DNA from: Felis catus
Taxonomy: Eukaryota
NCBI RefSeq assembly: GCF_018350175.1
Contig: NC_058383.1
Coordinates: 4,216,001 to 4,280,000 of the forward strand
Length of the DNA: 64,000 nucleotides
Direction of reading: 5' to 3'
Within the stretch, counting starts at the first letter, position 1; each line of letters opens with the position of its first letter. Both the position numbers and the translations under genes were made by a program. Under the pieces are notes generated by a model. That model searched no databases. It was not told the DNA's origin and worked only from the letters and a program-made list of their open reading frames with translations. Below are positions 1-13,700 of this stretch, in pieces.

Positions 1-252
1 AACTCCCATCTGTATAGACCTCCCTCCCTTCTCTTATACCCCAAGTGACGCTTGATGAATACGGCCTTCCCTAGCCATGCTATTTTATTTATTTTGCTAA
101 CCACGCTATTTTGGACTGCGACCCACCCCACCCTACACCCTTTCCTGAACTATTTTTCTCCATAGCGCTTATCACCATTTATCATACCAAGCACACATTA
201 GTTCCTTCTTTATTGTAGCTCCTTGTTTATTGTCCTTCTCCACCCACTGGAA

Positions 253-436
253 CAGGAGTCGGCAAGCTTTTTCTTGAAAGGGCCAGATAATAAATCATTT
301 AGGCACTGTGGGCCTATCTTGCCTGCTGCAGGGAAAGCAGCCACAGACAACACACAAACTGTTGGGCTCTGTGCCAATAAAACTTTATTTACAAAAAACC
401 GGAGGTACACCTAATTTGGCTAGGGTCCGCACCCTG
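253..436 (+). mobile_element. MER58A-like hAT-Charlie MITE
   Basis: caggagtcggcaagctttttcttgaaagggccagataataaat...ccaataaaactttatttacaaaaa...accctg matches the remembered MER58A consensus. Confidence 0.8.
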
Positions 437-1670
437 ACGTTACAGTGTGGGTTTGTGCCACCCCAAGTGCCCCCTACGCTGCACACAGAAGGCGCTCAAT
501 TATGGAGGAGAGGGATGGGCGAGGTTATGATCAGCCAGAGCCTTTCCTGAGACCCTGCTTCACAGCCAGCATTCGGCGTTCAAGAGGCTTTGCTTCATTC
601 TGTCTCCCCACCCCCCTCAACCCTGGGAGGGGAGGATTCTTAACTCTTCTGCAGATGAAGACATTGAGGCTCTGACTCCAAATTCTACACTTTTCCACTC
701 AGCCACACCACCCAGACGCTAGACCCTATTTGCCTGGTTTCACTCCCAGCAAAGCCTCTCCCTAACCAAAACAGAACAAATCTATCGTCCCTTTCTATTT
801 AAAACGTTCCGGCCTCAAAAGGAGCTGTATCCCTTAAAGTGTCACCAAAGGCTATCGGAGCATCTCATCAGCATGATCAAATCAGGGTTATCACCCAGAA
901 AAGAGCTCATGCCAGCCCAGAGCACCGACATGTGACTCAGGCGTTTCTATGACAGCAGCTGAAAATAGGGTGAGGACCCTCCAGATAAAATGACCTTCAC
1001 TCCCACTGATCCCGAGACGCACAGACCTCTGTAATATCTAAGCCAGAGAGCGGGTTAATGCCCTCGCCGTATAAAAAAGAGTCTGATCATTCAGTAAGAA
1101 TCCCAAGCAAATCACCGACAACAGCAAATGGCTGAATCCAGGAAGAAATTTCTCGTTAGGATTTACAAAGAAGTATCAAAAGGGGATGACGCCATTTTCG
1201 TCTTTCCAACGAGCACATTTGGGGTTTGGCTGCGGGGAGGGCGGAGGCGGGGTGGGAAGCCACCCAGGGAGGGTGAGTAGAGAGCCAGCCCATCCCCAGC
1301 TTTCAGAAAGCAAATCAGCAGAACTCTTCAAGGCCTGGAAAAGGCATGCAGACCCACTTTGGGGGTCCCTCCCAAGGAAATCACCAGATGTACCTCCTAG
1401 GATGCTCACATTTGGTCAGACTGAGCCAGAGATTCAATGCAATAATCCCCATCCAAATCCTGGCAGTTGTGTGTGCGTGTTCAGTCTCTAAATGTTACCC
1501 CCAAAGAGGAAGCAGACTCCCGAGGAGGTATCTGCACACCCGTATTCGGAGAGGCATCATTTGCGATTATTCCCACCAGCCGAAGGTAGGAGCTACCCAA
1601 GGCCCGGGTGGATAACCAGAACTCGGTCCATCCATAAAATGGAACATGATTCAGCCTTAAAAGGAGAGGA

Positions 1671-1842
1671 GGGGCCCCTGGCTGGTGGCTCAGCCAGTTA
1701 AGCATCCGACTCTTGGGTTTCGGCTCAGGCCACGATCTCACGGTCCATGAGTTCAAGCCCGGCATCGGGCTCTGTGTTGGCAGTGTGGAGCCTGCTTGGG
1801 ATTCTCTCTCTCCCTCTCTCTCTCTGCCCCTCCCCTGCTTGG

Positions 1843-1895
<53 letters not shown>

Positions 1896-1934
1896 ATAAA
1901 CAAATAAATAGTTTATTTAAAAAAAAAAAAAAAA
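1671..1934 (+). mobile_element. CAN-SINE with (TC)n and A tail
   Basis: tRNA-derived head ggctcagccagttaagcatccgactc...gagttcaagcc, (TC)n at 1845-1892, A-rich tail. Confidence 0.92.
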
Positions 1935-2594
1935 GGAAACTCTGACGTGCTCCAACATGGATGAATCTTGAGGACATTATGCTCAGGGAGATCAGCCAGA
2001 CACAGAAAGACAAATGCAGAGATCAAAGTAGGATCCCTCTTTTAGGAAGGTCCCTGGAGTCGCCAAGTTCATAGAGACCGAAAGTAGAAGGGTGGGTGGC
2101 AGGGGCTGCGGGGGGAGGGGCAGGGAACAGGGAATTGTTGTTTAATGGGGACAAGGTTTCGAAAATCAATTCCAGGTGGACTGTGGATCTCCACGTGAAA
2201 GGCAAAACAGGAAAGCTTCTAGAAGAACATGCCGAAAAAATACCTTCACAGCCCGAGGGCAAACAAAGGTTTCTCAAAGCCCATTTTATAAACGGCACGA
2301 ACCAAAGAGATAAGAATGATGTACCGGAATTTACGTTCAAATGAGAAATGTCCATTCATCCCAGGACACCATTAGGAGGGAGAAAAGGGAAGCTACCGCA
2401 TGGAAAAAGATCTGTGCCCTACGTCACCAGGGAAGGGTCTGTATCCGGAATATATAAAGAACTCCTGCAATTCAATGAGAGAAAGTCAGACAAGAGAAGG
2501 TAGAAATGGGCACCCGGAGGGTCACAGATAAGATATCCAAATGGCCAGTAAACTGATGACAAGGCACTTATTCTCTTTTCTTTCTTTTTAAGCT

Positions 2595-2698
2595 TTTTTT
2601 TTTTTTTAAAGTATTCTCTACACCCAACGTGGGGCTCGAACTCACAACCCTGAGATGAAGAGCTGCACACTCCTCCGTCTGAGCCAGCCAGACGCCCG
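2595..2698 (-). mobile_element. Short CAN-SINE (tRNA-like head plus A tail)
   Basis: gtggggctcgaactcacaaccctgagat...ctgagccagccagacgccc preceded by a T run. Confidence 0.85.
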
Positions 2699-3350
2699 GG
2701 TACTCAGCCTCTAAAACCAGGGAGGGAACGTGAATTTAAACTACCACATACGGGCCCGCCAGAGGGGCTCATGTCAACAAGGAAAGATGGACAGGATTAA
2801 ATATTAATACGCGGCTGGAGGAAGCGTAAATTGGTACAACCACTCTCGAGACCGGTTGGGCACAATCTGCCAACCTCTGTGACCCAGCCGTGCCCTCGCA
2901 GGTATACATCCGAGGGCAAGGTGTGGAAACGCGCACAGCAAGTCGGCATTTCTACGCCTTCCGCGCGCAGAGTCTAACCACGATAGGAGTCAAAATCGGA
3001 AAACGACCCAAATGTACATCAACAGCCGGATAAACAAATCGTGACCTGGCCGCACCACGAACATCTCCAGCGAGGAGAAACTGCCACCACCCAGACCGGG
3101 GCCGTGGTGAATCTCACCACCTCACCCAAAAGGCAACACAGCACGTGCTTCCTTGTACTACCTGCGCGGACAGGCGACTCAAGCGACTCCAATCTCGGGT
3201 GGTTTGAGAAGGTCACCTCTTGGGAGGGGGAAGAGAGCAGGGGGACCGTTACGCAGTGGGTTCAGTTTGTGAAAAAATAATACAACTGTACGTCTATGAT
3301 CTATGCCCATTTCTCCGTGCATCTTAAACCCCAATAAAAAATATCCATAT

Positions 3351-3508
3351 GGGGCACCTGGGTGGCTCAGTGGGTGAAGTGTCCAACTCTTGATTTCGGC
3401 TCAGGTCATGTTCTCATAGTTGTGGGATGAAGGCCCATATCAGGCTCTGTGCTGAGTGTGGAGCCTGCTTGGGATTCTCTCTCTGCTCTTCCTCCGCCCC
3501 TCTCCTGC

Positions 3509-3547
<39 letters not shown>

Positions 3548-3549
3548 CG

Positions 3550-3599
<50 letters not shown>

Positions 3600-3615
3600 A
3601 AAAAAAAAAAAAAAA
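3351..3615 (+). mobile_element. CAN-SINE containing (GT)n(CT)n
   Basis: ggggcacctgggtggctcag head; compound microsatellite 3511-3597; A tail. Confidence 0.92.
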
Positions 3616-5536
3616 TCTGTAGGAAAGGAAAGGTCAGTGGGGGTGGAGAGAGGCCAATCTGAACACTAACATGATAAGTATTACATTTTAAGTAATCTTT
3701 ATGAGTAATTTTTACAAACTCTCACCTTGACAAAATTTGCAAAAACTGAAGCAAATGAATAAATTAAAATGAGCCAAGAGAGGAAAAAAGGAAAGAGAAG
3801 GAAAAATTCCTACCAATGACCAAGCTCTCCCCAGCCCCTGGCTTTCTGGCAGATAGCTCAGGCCTTGCTTCTAGAGGCCCTCACTTCCCAGCTGTGTGGC
3901 CTTGGGGAGGTAACACCACCTCTCTGTGCCTTACTTTCCTCTAAAGTAAAGTGAAGGCAGCAGGAAAGGAACGAAGCCGTGACCACAGCACTCCCCTATG
4001 CTAGGGGGAAGTCCCACACGACAGATGAGCAAGGCTGAGGGACAGAGCTCCAGGCTGGGTTGGGGGGCGGGGGGGGGGGCATTCTTGGTGCTCTGCACAT
4101 TCTTGGTGCTCTGGCCGGGCCACGGGACCTGTGGCCACTGCCACTGTCCCCAAGCTCCCATCAGGGCGGCAGAGACAGCGGTGAGTCGAGCTGCAGGGGT
4201 TCCTCCAAGGCAAGCAGAGAGGAGCCACCAGGCCAGATCGACCAGCTGCTGCCCTGCCCTGCCCTGCCCAGCCAGGAGGGGAGGAGACCCGCTGGGCGGC
4301 CCCAGCCTCCCCTCCCCATCCCGCCTCTCCAGCTACGGCCGCTGGGTTTTGTTCCTCCAGCTCCGCAACTCAGCCTTGTGCTAGCTACCAGGCCTCTCCC
4401 CTCCCGCTAGGAGGCAACCCTGGCTCCCCCCAGGGGGTCAGATCCCAAAGCACATCTTTTAGCTGACCCCACCCCCACCACAGAAGGACAATGGGGCTTT
4501 AACCCCCGTCCTACTCCCAGCCCCGAATACGGGACCCCTGTGGGCTGGGACTTTGCCTGGCCCCAACCAGGTGCCCAGCACACAAAGTAGGTGCTCAAGT
4601 CCAAATAAAGGGAATCCCGCAGCAGCTCGGAGGGTCAAGGCCTCAACCCTGCCAAAGACATGCAAATGCATCCACTCCAGCCTTGCCCCAGGGCTCCAGA
4701 CGTTCTCAATTCTAAAGCAATTAGAGGACTTGCCCGTGGATTTTCTTTCCTCCCTAACCTAGGTCTAGGTCTAGAGGAGGAAGTAGAGAGGGAGGGAGGA
4801 GGGCCTTCTAGAACCCCTGGGCCGAAAGCTAGAAAGCCCATGAGTGGGACAGGCAGGGACCCAGGAACCAGGCCTCCCCTCCCAGGCGCAGGGGCCAGGG
4901 GAAGGAGAGTGGGCTGGATCCCAGAAGTGGTGCATAGAATCCGTCCTGCCGAATCTTTTCCCAAACGCCAGAACCCCACGACAACAACAGCAATGCAGCT
5001 TAACAGGGAGAGAAACAACAAAATACAGGAATGGAAAGGAAACAACACTCACAACATTCTGGAAGCAGGAAGCAGGGACCAAAGAAGCAGGGTGGGGAGC
5101 TGAGAGAATTGCAACTGAACCTCGGAGGTTACCGAGAAACAAGCAATTCCTGAGAGGTGCAGAACCTGGACCCAGCACCTGCAAAGGCCATGGTGCAGAG
5201 AGGAGCAGGGGAAGAATGAAGAGCTCCCCACAAGCCCTCTGTTTACTTACTAGGGGCCGATGGAGCCACTGAGGGTCTTTGGCTACATCCTCAGGGCTGG
5301 GGTGGGACCGAAATGAAAAATGGATCTCAGTAGAAACCTTCTTCCACTGTTCCAGCTGTTGGAAGGGGAACAGCCAGGCTTTAGCTCCCCTGTGGGCAGG
5401 AGACTGGAACTCCTGCCTGGGAGTCTGGCAAACTCAAAAGGGAAAGATCTATAGAGACATTCAGGAGAGTTCCACAAGGGTCAATGGGTCCCCCTAGCTT
5501 TGTTGTGCCTCCCATCTTAAATATGAAGAGACACCA

Positions 5537-5752
5537 GGGGCGCCTGGGTGGCGCAGTTGGTTGGGTGTCCGACTTCAGCCAGGTCACGATCTCGCGGTCC
5601 GTGAGTTCGAGCCCCGCGTCGGGCTCTGGGCTGATGGCTCGGAGCCTGGAGCCTGTTTCCGATTCTGTGTCCCCCTCTTTCTCTGCCCCTCCCCCGTTCA
5701 TGCTCTGTCTCTCTGTCCCAAAAATAAATAAATGTTGAAAAAAAAAAAAGAG
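5537..5752 (+). mobile_element. Young felid SINEC_Fc-type element with TSD
   Basis: Full-length and CpG-rich; TSD agagacacca at 5527-5536 and 5753-5762. Confidence 0.95.
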
Positions 5753-5905
5753 AGAGACACCAGAGAATCAACCACCAGACACCCATGGAAGTCTCCAATG
5801 TGAAAGACAAGCGAGAAAAAAATATACATATAGATATATATATATATACACATATACACACATTCTCCAAGTAATGAGAATTAATGTATCCATGAAACAA
5901 GAACA

Positions 5906-6120
5906 GGGTGGCTCAGTCACTTACGTGTCCGACTCTTTGATTTGGGTCATGATATCACGGGTTTGTGAGTTTGAGCTCCCCATCAGGCTCTGTGCAGACA
6001 GCACAGAGCCTGCTTGGGATTCTCTTCTCTCCCTCTCTGCCCCTCCCCTGCTCATGCACGCACACATGCCCACTCTCTCTCTCTCTCAAAATAAATAAGT
6101 AAACCTAAAAATAAAAAAAA
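5906..6120 (+). mobile_element. CAN-SINE (older)
   Basis: gggtggctcagtc...gagcctgcttgggattct...caaaataaataag. Confidence 0.88.
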
Positions 6121-6124
6121 GGAA

Positions 6125-7430
6125 GAATATCGAATTATAAGAGCTCCTAGAAATTACAAACATTACACTGAAAGGTTAGAAGACCGTTAAGAACATGTCC
6201 TAGAAAGCTGAATAAAGAGAGATGGAAAATAAAAAATAAAGTATAAAAAAAAGTAGATGATCAGTCTGGGAGATCCAGTATCTAATGAATAGGAGTACTA
6301 GAGGGAAGGGGATTACAAAATACTAATAAAATTAATATTAATTCAAAAAAATACTAATAATTCAGCCCGAAGGACCTCAGTTTCCAGATTACTATGGCCT
6401 ATGGAGCACCCAACACAGGAAATGCAAAAGAATCCACAGGAAGACACATCAGATATGAAATTTCAGACCACAAGTGATGAAAAGAATAGTAACAGTATTA
6501 ATAGCCATGAGGCTTACTTTGTGCCACACAATGTCCTGGGCATTTATGTACATAAGCTCATTTAGTCTTCATAGAAATGGTAAAAGGTAGGCACTATTAT
6601 TCAATTCACAAAAAAGAAAGCTGAAGCATGTCCGAGACCACAGGGCTAGAGAGTGGTGAAGCATGTTTGTGCGTGAATTGTGGAGCCAACGCTCTTGATG
6701 TAGTTCTAAAACATGTTAAGCATTTGGAAAAGGATAAAAAAAAAAAAAAAAAAAAAAAGGTTCACACATGAAGATCAAGAAACAAAAGAGCATCACACTA
6801 CTCAAAAGTAACACTGGAATTTGGAAGGTGATGCTACAATTCCTTCAAACACCAGGGGTAAATTATTTCCAAAATGCCTGTCAAGTATCACAGTAGAACA
6901 GAGGCATTTTCAGGCACACCAGGCCTCAAAAAAACTTGCCTTCCATGGACGCTTTCACAGAAAACTGCAGCAGGATGTGCTCTACCAAAACAAGGAAGTA
7001 AAGCACAAAAAAAAAAAGGAAAGCAAGGGAGTGAGAAAACAGGAAATCCAACACAGCAGAGAGATAAAGGGAGTCTGAAGGATTATGGCTCTAAAACGGG
7101 GCCAAGCACCAGGCAAACCAGACTAGACCAGAAAGATGGAACACTCTAGGAAAGAAATATGCAAGAAAAGAGGCAGCTAATCCAGTAGATATGACCAAAT
7201 AAACAGTAGTCCAAGAGACTGGAAGACAGAGATTGTAAGAAATTCCAGCAGATTAAAGGGGGAAAAAAAGGCAATGAATAACTCCAGGAAATAAAGAAGT
7301 GAATTTTATTATACTACTTGGCTCAAATGTAGGCAATATTTACAAAGCCAAACACAAAATAATAAACCTGGCTTAAACAAGACTTTACTTCACATATATT
7401 GGGAGGATAGAGGAAAGAAACACGATGGGG
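6125..7430 (+). mobile_element. HAL1 / L1 ORF1-like degenerate element with an inserted MIR (~6485-6660)
   Basis: A-rich sequence with aggatgtgctctaccaaaacaaggaagtaaa and tgaaatttcaga motifs resembling HAL1. Confidence 0.55.
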
Positions 7431-7439
7431 GCATGATAT

Positions 7440-7670
7440 AACAACAATAATAAATACTTACTAGAGCTTATTATATTCCAGATGCTGTTCTAAGTGTTTT
7501 ACATGTATTAACTATTTAATCCTCACAATAATCTCCTGAAGCAGTCGCTATTATTTTCCCCTGTTTTATAGATGACAAACATTTTCAAGGCACAGAGAAA
7601 AGTAAAGAAACTTGCCCACGGTCTCACACTAAGAAGTAGCAGAGTCACGATTCAGACCCAGACAGTCCAC
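7440..7670 (-). mobile_element. MIR SINE
   Basis: tttaatcctcacaataat...ttttatagatga...aaggcacagaga...acttgccca core. Confidence 0.8.
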
Positions 7671-7869
7671 ACAAAATGCTCATCTTCCACAGAAGTCAAC
7701 AGAGAATCGCAAAGCAGGTTATTACATAGAAATATGGATGAAAAGGCTTCAAGAAATAGCCAAAAGAGTTAACTAAAGGAATCAAGACTAGGGAGACAGG
7801 AGGCAGGGGATGGCTGGTTTTCTTCATAGTTCTTCTTCTAACACTAACTGACTTTTAAAATGATGTGTA

Positions 7870-8700
7870 ACTTTTACTCTAACGTTTATATTTAGCATTA
7901 AGCAGAACCGCACACTCTTAGAGGGTGAACTTCACAGTGGGCAGAGTATTCCTCAATAAAACTTAAAAAAAAAAAATAAACGAGGGAAAGGATTTTAAGA
8001 CGCACACACAATTAGATACTAACGCACACTCACCTGCATGAGTAGAATTTAAGGAAACTGACAGTATTCATAGGAATGGCGAAGACGCGGAAGAGGTGGA
8101 ATGATATTGCCAGGAGGGTACAATGGAACATCCACTGGAGAACGCACAACTGTTGAAGCTTGAACCTCCACATACCCTGTGAGCAAACAGTCTGCTCCTA
8201 GGCACTATATCCAAACAACTGTGTACGTATGTATACCAAAAGCCATGTTCCTAACGCCACTATCCATAGCAAACCCTCAGCGTCCGTCGACAGGAGGGGA
8301 TAAAGTAGTACTATTTTTCTGTATAATACTACACAGCACCAAGAAATAAATTACCGCCTCACACCGCAATACGGATAAATCTCACGTACATACGACTGAG
8401 TGAAAGCAAGCAGAAAGAAAAGAGGGCACGCCGTATGATTCCACTTATATATAGAAAGTTCAAAAATAGGCACAACGATTCTAAGGTACCAGAAATAAGA
8501 AATGATGTTGGAGGTGGGGTAGAGGGTGGTTGGGAGAGAACAAGATGGCACCCTCTGGACGCTGGCAATGCCCTGATCTCGAGCTGGTTGGTAGTTAGAC
8601 GGGTGTGTTCGTGTTGTAAATATGCCATGTTCTAAACACTCAGGATTGAAGCATTTTACGGTATATCTGTTACACCAAATTAATTTTAAAAAAATTAAAT
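7870..8700 (+). mobile_element. Ancient L1M 3' fragments
   Basis: tatgtataccaaaag, acggataaatctcac, tatgattccacttatata...gttcaaaaataggca motifs. Confidence 0.7.
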
Positions 8701-8959
8701 TAAAAAAAAAATTTTTTTTAATTTTTTTAAATTTAAAAAAAAAAAAGAGAGATTCAACTGACGGGTTCAGGGTGGGACCCTGGAGTCCCAGAAGCCCATG
8801 GGCCATTCAGAGGGGCCTAATACACAATTCCAGAAGTCCCCTGGAGAGGACGGGACTAGAACAAGAGATTAGCTTGTTAACTTGATGACTTGTTGAGTCA
8901 TCGGTTAATGATGACTATAATTCCAGCAATCACTTTTACTCGAACTTTTGCGAGGGCCA

Positions 8960-9150
8960 TCCCTATGCTAGGCATCTGGCTGGCACTTACTTGCTCATTC
9001 GAACTTCACAACAGCCGGATGAATTCAGTGTCACTAATGGACTCATTTTATAGATGAGAAAATCAAGGCTTAGAGAAACATCCCACACCCAGTAAGTGGA
9101 GGAGCAAGATCCAAAACTCCAGCAGTCTAACCTCAGCTCCGAGGCCAACC
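8960..9150 (-). mobile_element. MIR SINE
   Basis: cattttatagatgagaaaatcaaggcttagaga core. Confidence 0.7.
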
Positions 9151-9939
9151 TGCCTCCAGATAAAGCAGTTCTTTATCCGGAGATCAAAGGGTAGAATCTT
9201 CAGCTGGCTCGTGAAGGCCCAGAACGTGCAAGATTGGGAGAGCGCATGGAGAGGGTTTTTTTGTTCGCTTTCGTTAGCTCACGAAGGAAACTCGGATGCA
9301 GGTGATGGCTGCATCTGTGGGCCTGCAAAGGTGGCACAGAGCTTTGGTGTTTCCCACCTAATAGCCTGACCTCCTCCGGAGTCAGATGCCAGGCCTCCGT
9401 GGGCAGCTAGTGTGGTCAGGACCCTGACCTTGGGGGCCAAGACTGACTGCTGGCCAGGGCTCCCAGGAGCCCCTGGGGAGCCCCAAGACCTATCCGGACA
9501 CCAGCTCCCATGGGTCCCCTCAAAAGCTGGGCTGGGACGTAAAGGAGGACAGGGTGGTCACAGTGACGGGGCTGGAGTCTGGGTGGAGGCCAGGGCTGAC
9601 GATGACCGGGAGGGAGATAAGTCAGCTCAGACCATACTGGTCCACGCTGGAACAAAAGCACCCCAAGCTGCTCCCATCCAAATCAAGAATGCCCAATCAC
9701 CGCACTCTCCCCAATCTGTTCCTCCCCATTCCTCCACAAGCAGCACCTCCCAAAAATCCAGCCAGCTTCGTCCTCCTTCTCTTCCCCTCCATGCGTCTTC
9801 CTTGTAGCCTGACCTCCACCAAAGCCCCAAACCCTGGCCGCCTCCAGCCTCCCTCCCTGGTCACTATCACCTCCCTAACAGCCTCCTTGCCACGGACTAC
9901 CCACCACACAGTCTCCAGCTGGCAGCCCAGACCAATTTT

Positions 9940-10750
9940 GCTAAATGCTTATTTTGAAATCATTTCAAACTCGGGGGAAAGTTTGAAATAGTACAATGAC
10001 CTGCCATACGACCTTCCCCAGGTCCAGCCATTGTGAACTTTCTCACCCTGTATGTAACTCGGGCTCAGCGATTTATGGGTGTCTCCCATACGTCTATAAA
10101 TTTGTCTCTTCCTGAGCCATTCCTGAGAGTAAGTTGTGGCCATCATGTCCCCTGTCCCTAGATATTTCAGTGTTCTTACTTCCAAAGCACAAGGGCATTC
10201 TCTTACATAACCACGGTCCAGTTATCAGCTTCATGAAACCTAATATTGATTTGACACTATCAGCTAATCTACAGCCCATATTCCAATTTCATCAATTGCA
10301 CCCATGATGTACTTTAGAGCAATTTCTTCCCCAATCCAAGATCCAATCGCGGGCCATACATCGCCTTCTGCGGTCACATTTTTTTAGTCTTTTAATCAGG
10401 AACTGTTCTCGGCCTTCCTCTGTCTTGGCACGCCATTGACATTTTTTAAGAGTCCACACCAGTTCCGGGACACCTGGGTGGCTCAGTCCTTTAAGCCTCT
10501 GACTTGGGCTCAGGTCATGATCTCGAAGCTCAAGCTCATGAGTTCGAGCCCTGCCTGGAGCTCTGTGCTGACAGCTCAGACCCTGGGGCCTGCTTCAGAC
10601 TCTGTGTCTCCCTCTGTCTCTGCACCCCCCCCCCCAACTTGTTCTCATTTTCTGTGTCTGTCTCTCTCTCAAAAACAAATAAAAACATTTAAAAGAAGAA
10701 AGAAAGAAAAAGAGAGTCCAGACCAGTTCTGTAAAACGTCCCTCACTTTG
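9940..10750 (-). mobile_element. Ancient L1MC-like 3' end interrupted by a SINE
   Basis: ttattttgaaatcatttcaaact...aagggcattctcttacataaccac...cagcccatattccaatttc pattern. Confidence 0.6.
10466..10712 (+). mobile_element. CAN-SINE with ~17 bp TSD
   Basis: TSD agagtcca(c/g)accagttc at 10449-10465 and 10713-10729. Confidence 0.93.
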
Positions 10751-13700
10751 AATCACCCTCTCCGTTTAAAACCTTCCACTGCCTTCTCATTCCTCAGTGT
10801 GAAATTCCAAGACCTCATTACTGGCCTTCAGGGACCTGCAGGGTCCCCCTCTCCCCTCCCCGCAGCTGCAGTCACTCTCCCCTCTCCTAGTCCCTCACTC
10901 CTGGGAGCCCCTCACTCCAGCCCAAACAGACCCTGGGCATTCTCTTTCCTTCGCAGCCTGTATCTCTATTTGAAACGATTTCCTTCGACGATCTGTGTGT
11001 GTGCGACTACTGCCTGGCCCCCACACTACAATGGGACTCCGATGAGGGCAAAGATTTGCGTCTGGCCATCGCTGGATTCCCAGAGCCAGAGCAGTGCCTG
11101 GCGCGCAAGAGACGCTTGGAAATGGCTTGCCGAGTAAATGAACAAGTGAAGAAAGGAAGTGTTTGGGTTGACAGCTAAGGAACCAGTAGGCTCGGAGAGT
11201 CAGGGAGCCCAGGAGCCCCCTGCCGCCCCCCATCCAGAGTCCAGAACCTGCCCCAGGCCTCAGAGAGGAGGAAGCACCCAGCAAATCTCCTTTATCTTTG
11301 GATCGTATCACTCCACCGGCCAGTCCCACTGATTAATCTCTTTAAATCAATCCCAGTAGGCCGACGGGCTGGATTCCAGAGATAGAGCTGATGGACCCTG
11401 GAGAAGGCCCGTGGCCCCCTATTGTCCACTGGCCAGTCCAAAGTGCATGGCCTCCTGGTCCTGATCCTTGGGTTCCACCCCCCATTCATGTATCCTGCGG
11501 GGCCCAGCCAGCCCAGGGAGTGGGGGCAGGGAGAATAAACATCCAAGTACAAAATCCTGCTAATAGGTCTTTAATTGCAGCCCGAGGAGGGCTGGGTCCA
11601 GGGCTCCCAGCCCCAGAACTGAAGAGGGGAGCCTACCAGATGCTTGTCACTTACTTGTCCATTTCACTGACTGCTGAGAACATTTAAGAGCTCACTCTGT
11701 ATAACAATACTCAAGGTTACCCGCAAGGTAATGGCCAACCAAACCCCATTTTTTCTTTATTTGCCTCTTTTTCTGCACAGGAAAGAGCCAAAGCCCTCAG
11801 CCTAGACCAAGGATGCAGAAAGGCATCCCCCCCACCCCCACCCCGGGGATCCTCACTCACCACAGTGCCCTGTCAACACCTGCCTTGATGGGGTGGCCAC
11901 AGCCCAGCCCTAGCCAGGGTCCCCCTCCGGCCAGGAGTTCTCCCAGAGTCTCCCAGAGGAGCAGCTCTGGTAGATTCACAGGCTCCCCTACCCACTCTGG
12001 AGAGCAGACTAGGAAGGGGTCGGAGGTAATCCGGTCTCACACTGCCTCGCTGTGTGACCCAGGGCAAATGGCTCAGCCTCTCCTGGCTTCCCAGAACAAA
12101 AACAAACAAATAAAGATAGGGCTGATAACGCTGGCCAGACCTAAGAAGCTGACAGCCAAGTAGGAGAAGCGCCTGAAAGAGAAAACTTAGCACCTGCACC
12201 CAGCAAAGAAAGAGGGGGAGGGGGGCTGGGTTGAGGAATCTGTAATCCACCCCACCCGAGCAGTGAATGGGAAACAGCTCTCTACCTCCTGGCTAATAGG
12301 ATTAGCACTGGGTTGGGCTCTGGGCGTTGGCCTAGGGTCCAGGGTCTCCCTGAGGCCACTCAAGGTGGAGGCAGCGAGGGACAGCGCCAGCTTGCCCCCC
12401 ACCGCAACCCTTCCTTCCCAGGTGAGCATGGCCACAGCAGCACTTTCCAAGCCTGCTTCCTATTTCCTCCATGACCTCAGCTACCAAGCATGCAGGAGGC
12501 AGACGGCTTCGAAAGCAGGAGGCTCAGAAGACAGGCCTCTGCGGCCACCTCCAGCTGGACTTCCTTGTCCTGCCGGCCGCTGTGAAGGTTCTTCGCCTAT
12601 CCAGCCTCAGCCTCCCCATCTAGCTAATGGGCGTTAGTCTGCCCGCTGGGCCCTGGCACACTGCAGGCTGCCAGAGGCACCCCCTTGAGTAGTAGCTGTT
12701 TTCACTGCTTCTCATTAGGGCACATGGCTCTGTCAGGCAGGAACCAGGCTGGAGATGGGACGCCTTCTCCCTGGCTGGGGGGGGGGGGGGGGGGGACACA
12801 GAGACCAGGGAAGGCACCCCCAGCCAGGAAGACCCAGGGTCTGACTCCCAGACCGAGGGATGCCGCCACGACCCTGGGGCGAACTAAGTGAAGGGATGAA
12901 TTCAAAAGAGAGGCAAACACAAAAATTACCCTGGCCTCAGGGCGGGCAAAAGGTGATGGCCACGCTGCCCTTTGTACCGCGGGCAGCCCCTAACCCCTCC
13001 CTGGGATCCTGGCACCACGGTAGAGAAAACCATAGCCCTGGTCACGGCCCCCTGGGCAGAATGCGGCCTCAGCTCCAGGGGGGACATGGGCACGAGCCCC
13101 CAAGCCAAGACCCAGTCCTCGCACCCCGGCGGGCAGGGATGCCCGGGTTCGCGGCCCCCGCGTGTGCCCCTCCCCTGCCCGGCGCCTCACAAAGGCCCTT
13201 TGTCCCTCTGAGCCCCGGGACTCCGGTTCCTGAAAAGTTCCGTAAAAAAAATCAAAGACACAGGCAAAACCGGCCAGCGCGGCCTCGGTCGAGCGGGCAG
13301 GGTCGGTGGGACAGGGCCAAGGCGGCCACTGCGGCCGGAGGAGTCCCTTCCAAGGCCGAGGGGAGAGTGGCGGCTCCCCGAGAAATCGCAAGAGTCCCAG
13401 ACTACACTCCGGAGTGGGAGAGGTGGCCTTTTTTCAAGTGAAGCGTAGGACGCCAAGCAAAGCAGCTGGAGGCAGCCGGGGAGGAGGGAGCGGGTGTCCT
13501 TCGGCGGCCGGCGGCAGGTCTGGAGGTGCCCCTCGCCTCCCTTCCCACCCGGCTGGACTGCAGCGGCCGCGGCCGGCCCAGGACGAGCTTCTCCCGCCCG
13601 GGGGCCGTCCCCACCGAGCCTCAGCGGCCCCTCTCGGGAAACGGCAGAGGCCTCCGGGGCCCTCTCGGCCACCTTCTCCCGAGGTTCGATGTCAGGCCCA

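Larger units (their letters stand above)
1480..3345 (+). mobile_element. Degenerate ancient L1 (L1M-type ORF2/3' end fragments), interrupted by SINEs
   Basis: Typical L1M motifs: caacatggatgaatcttgaggacattatgct, gaaagcttctagaagaaca, gtaaattggtacaaccact, cccaaatgtacatcaacag. Confidence 0.75.

Noticed and set aside
4080..4113. 16-bp direct duplication cattcttggtgctctg
   Set aside because: Isolated slippage duplication with no other support.
8677..8746. AT-only quasi-palindrome
   Set aside because: Decayed retroelement tail; low complexity.
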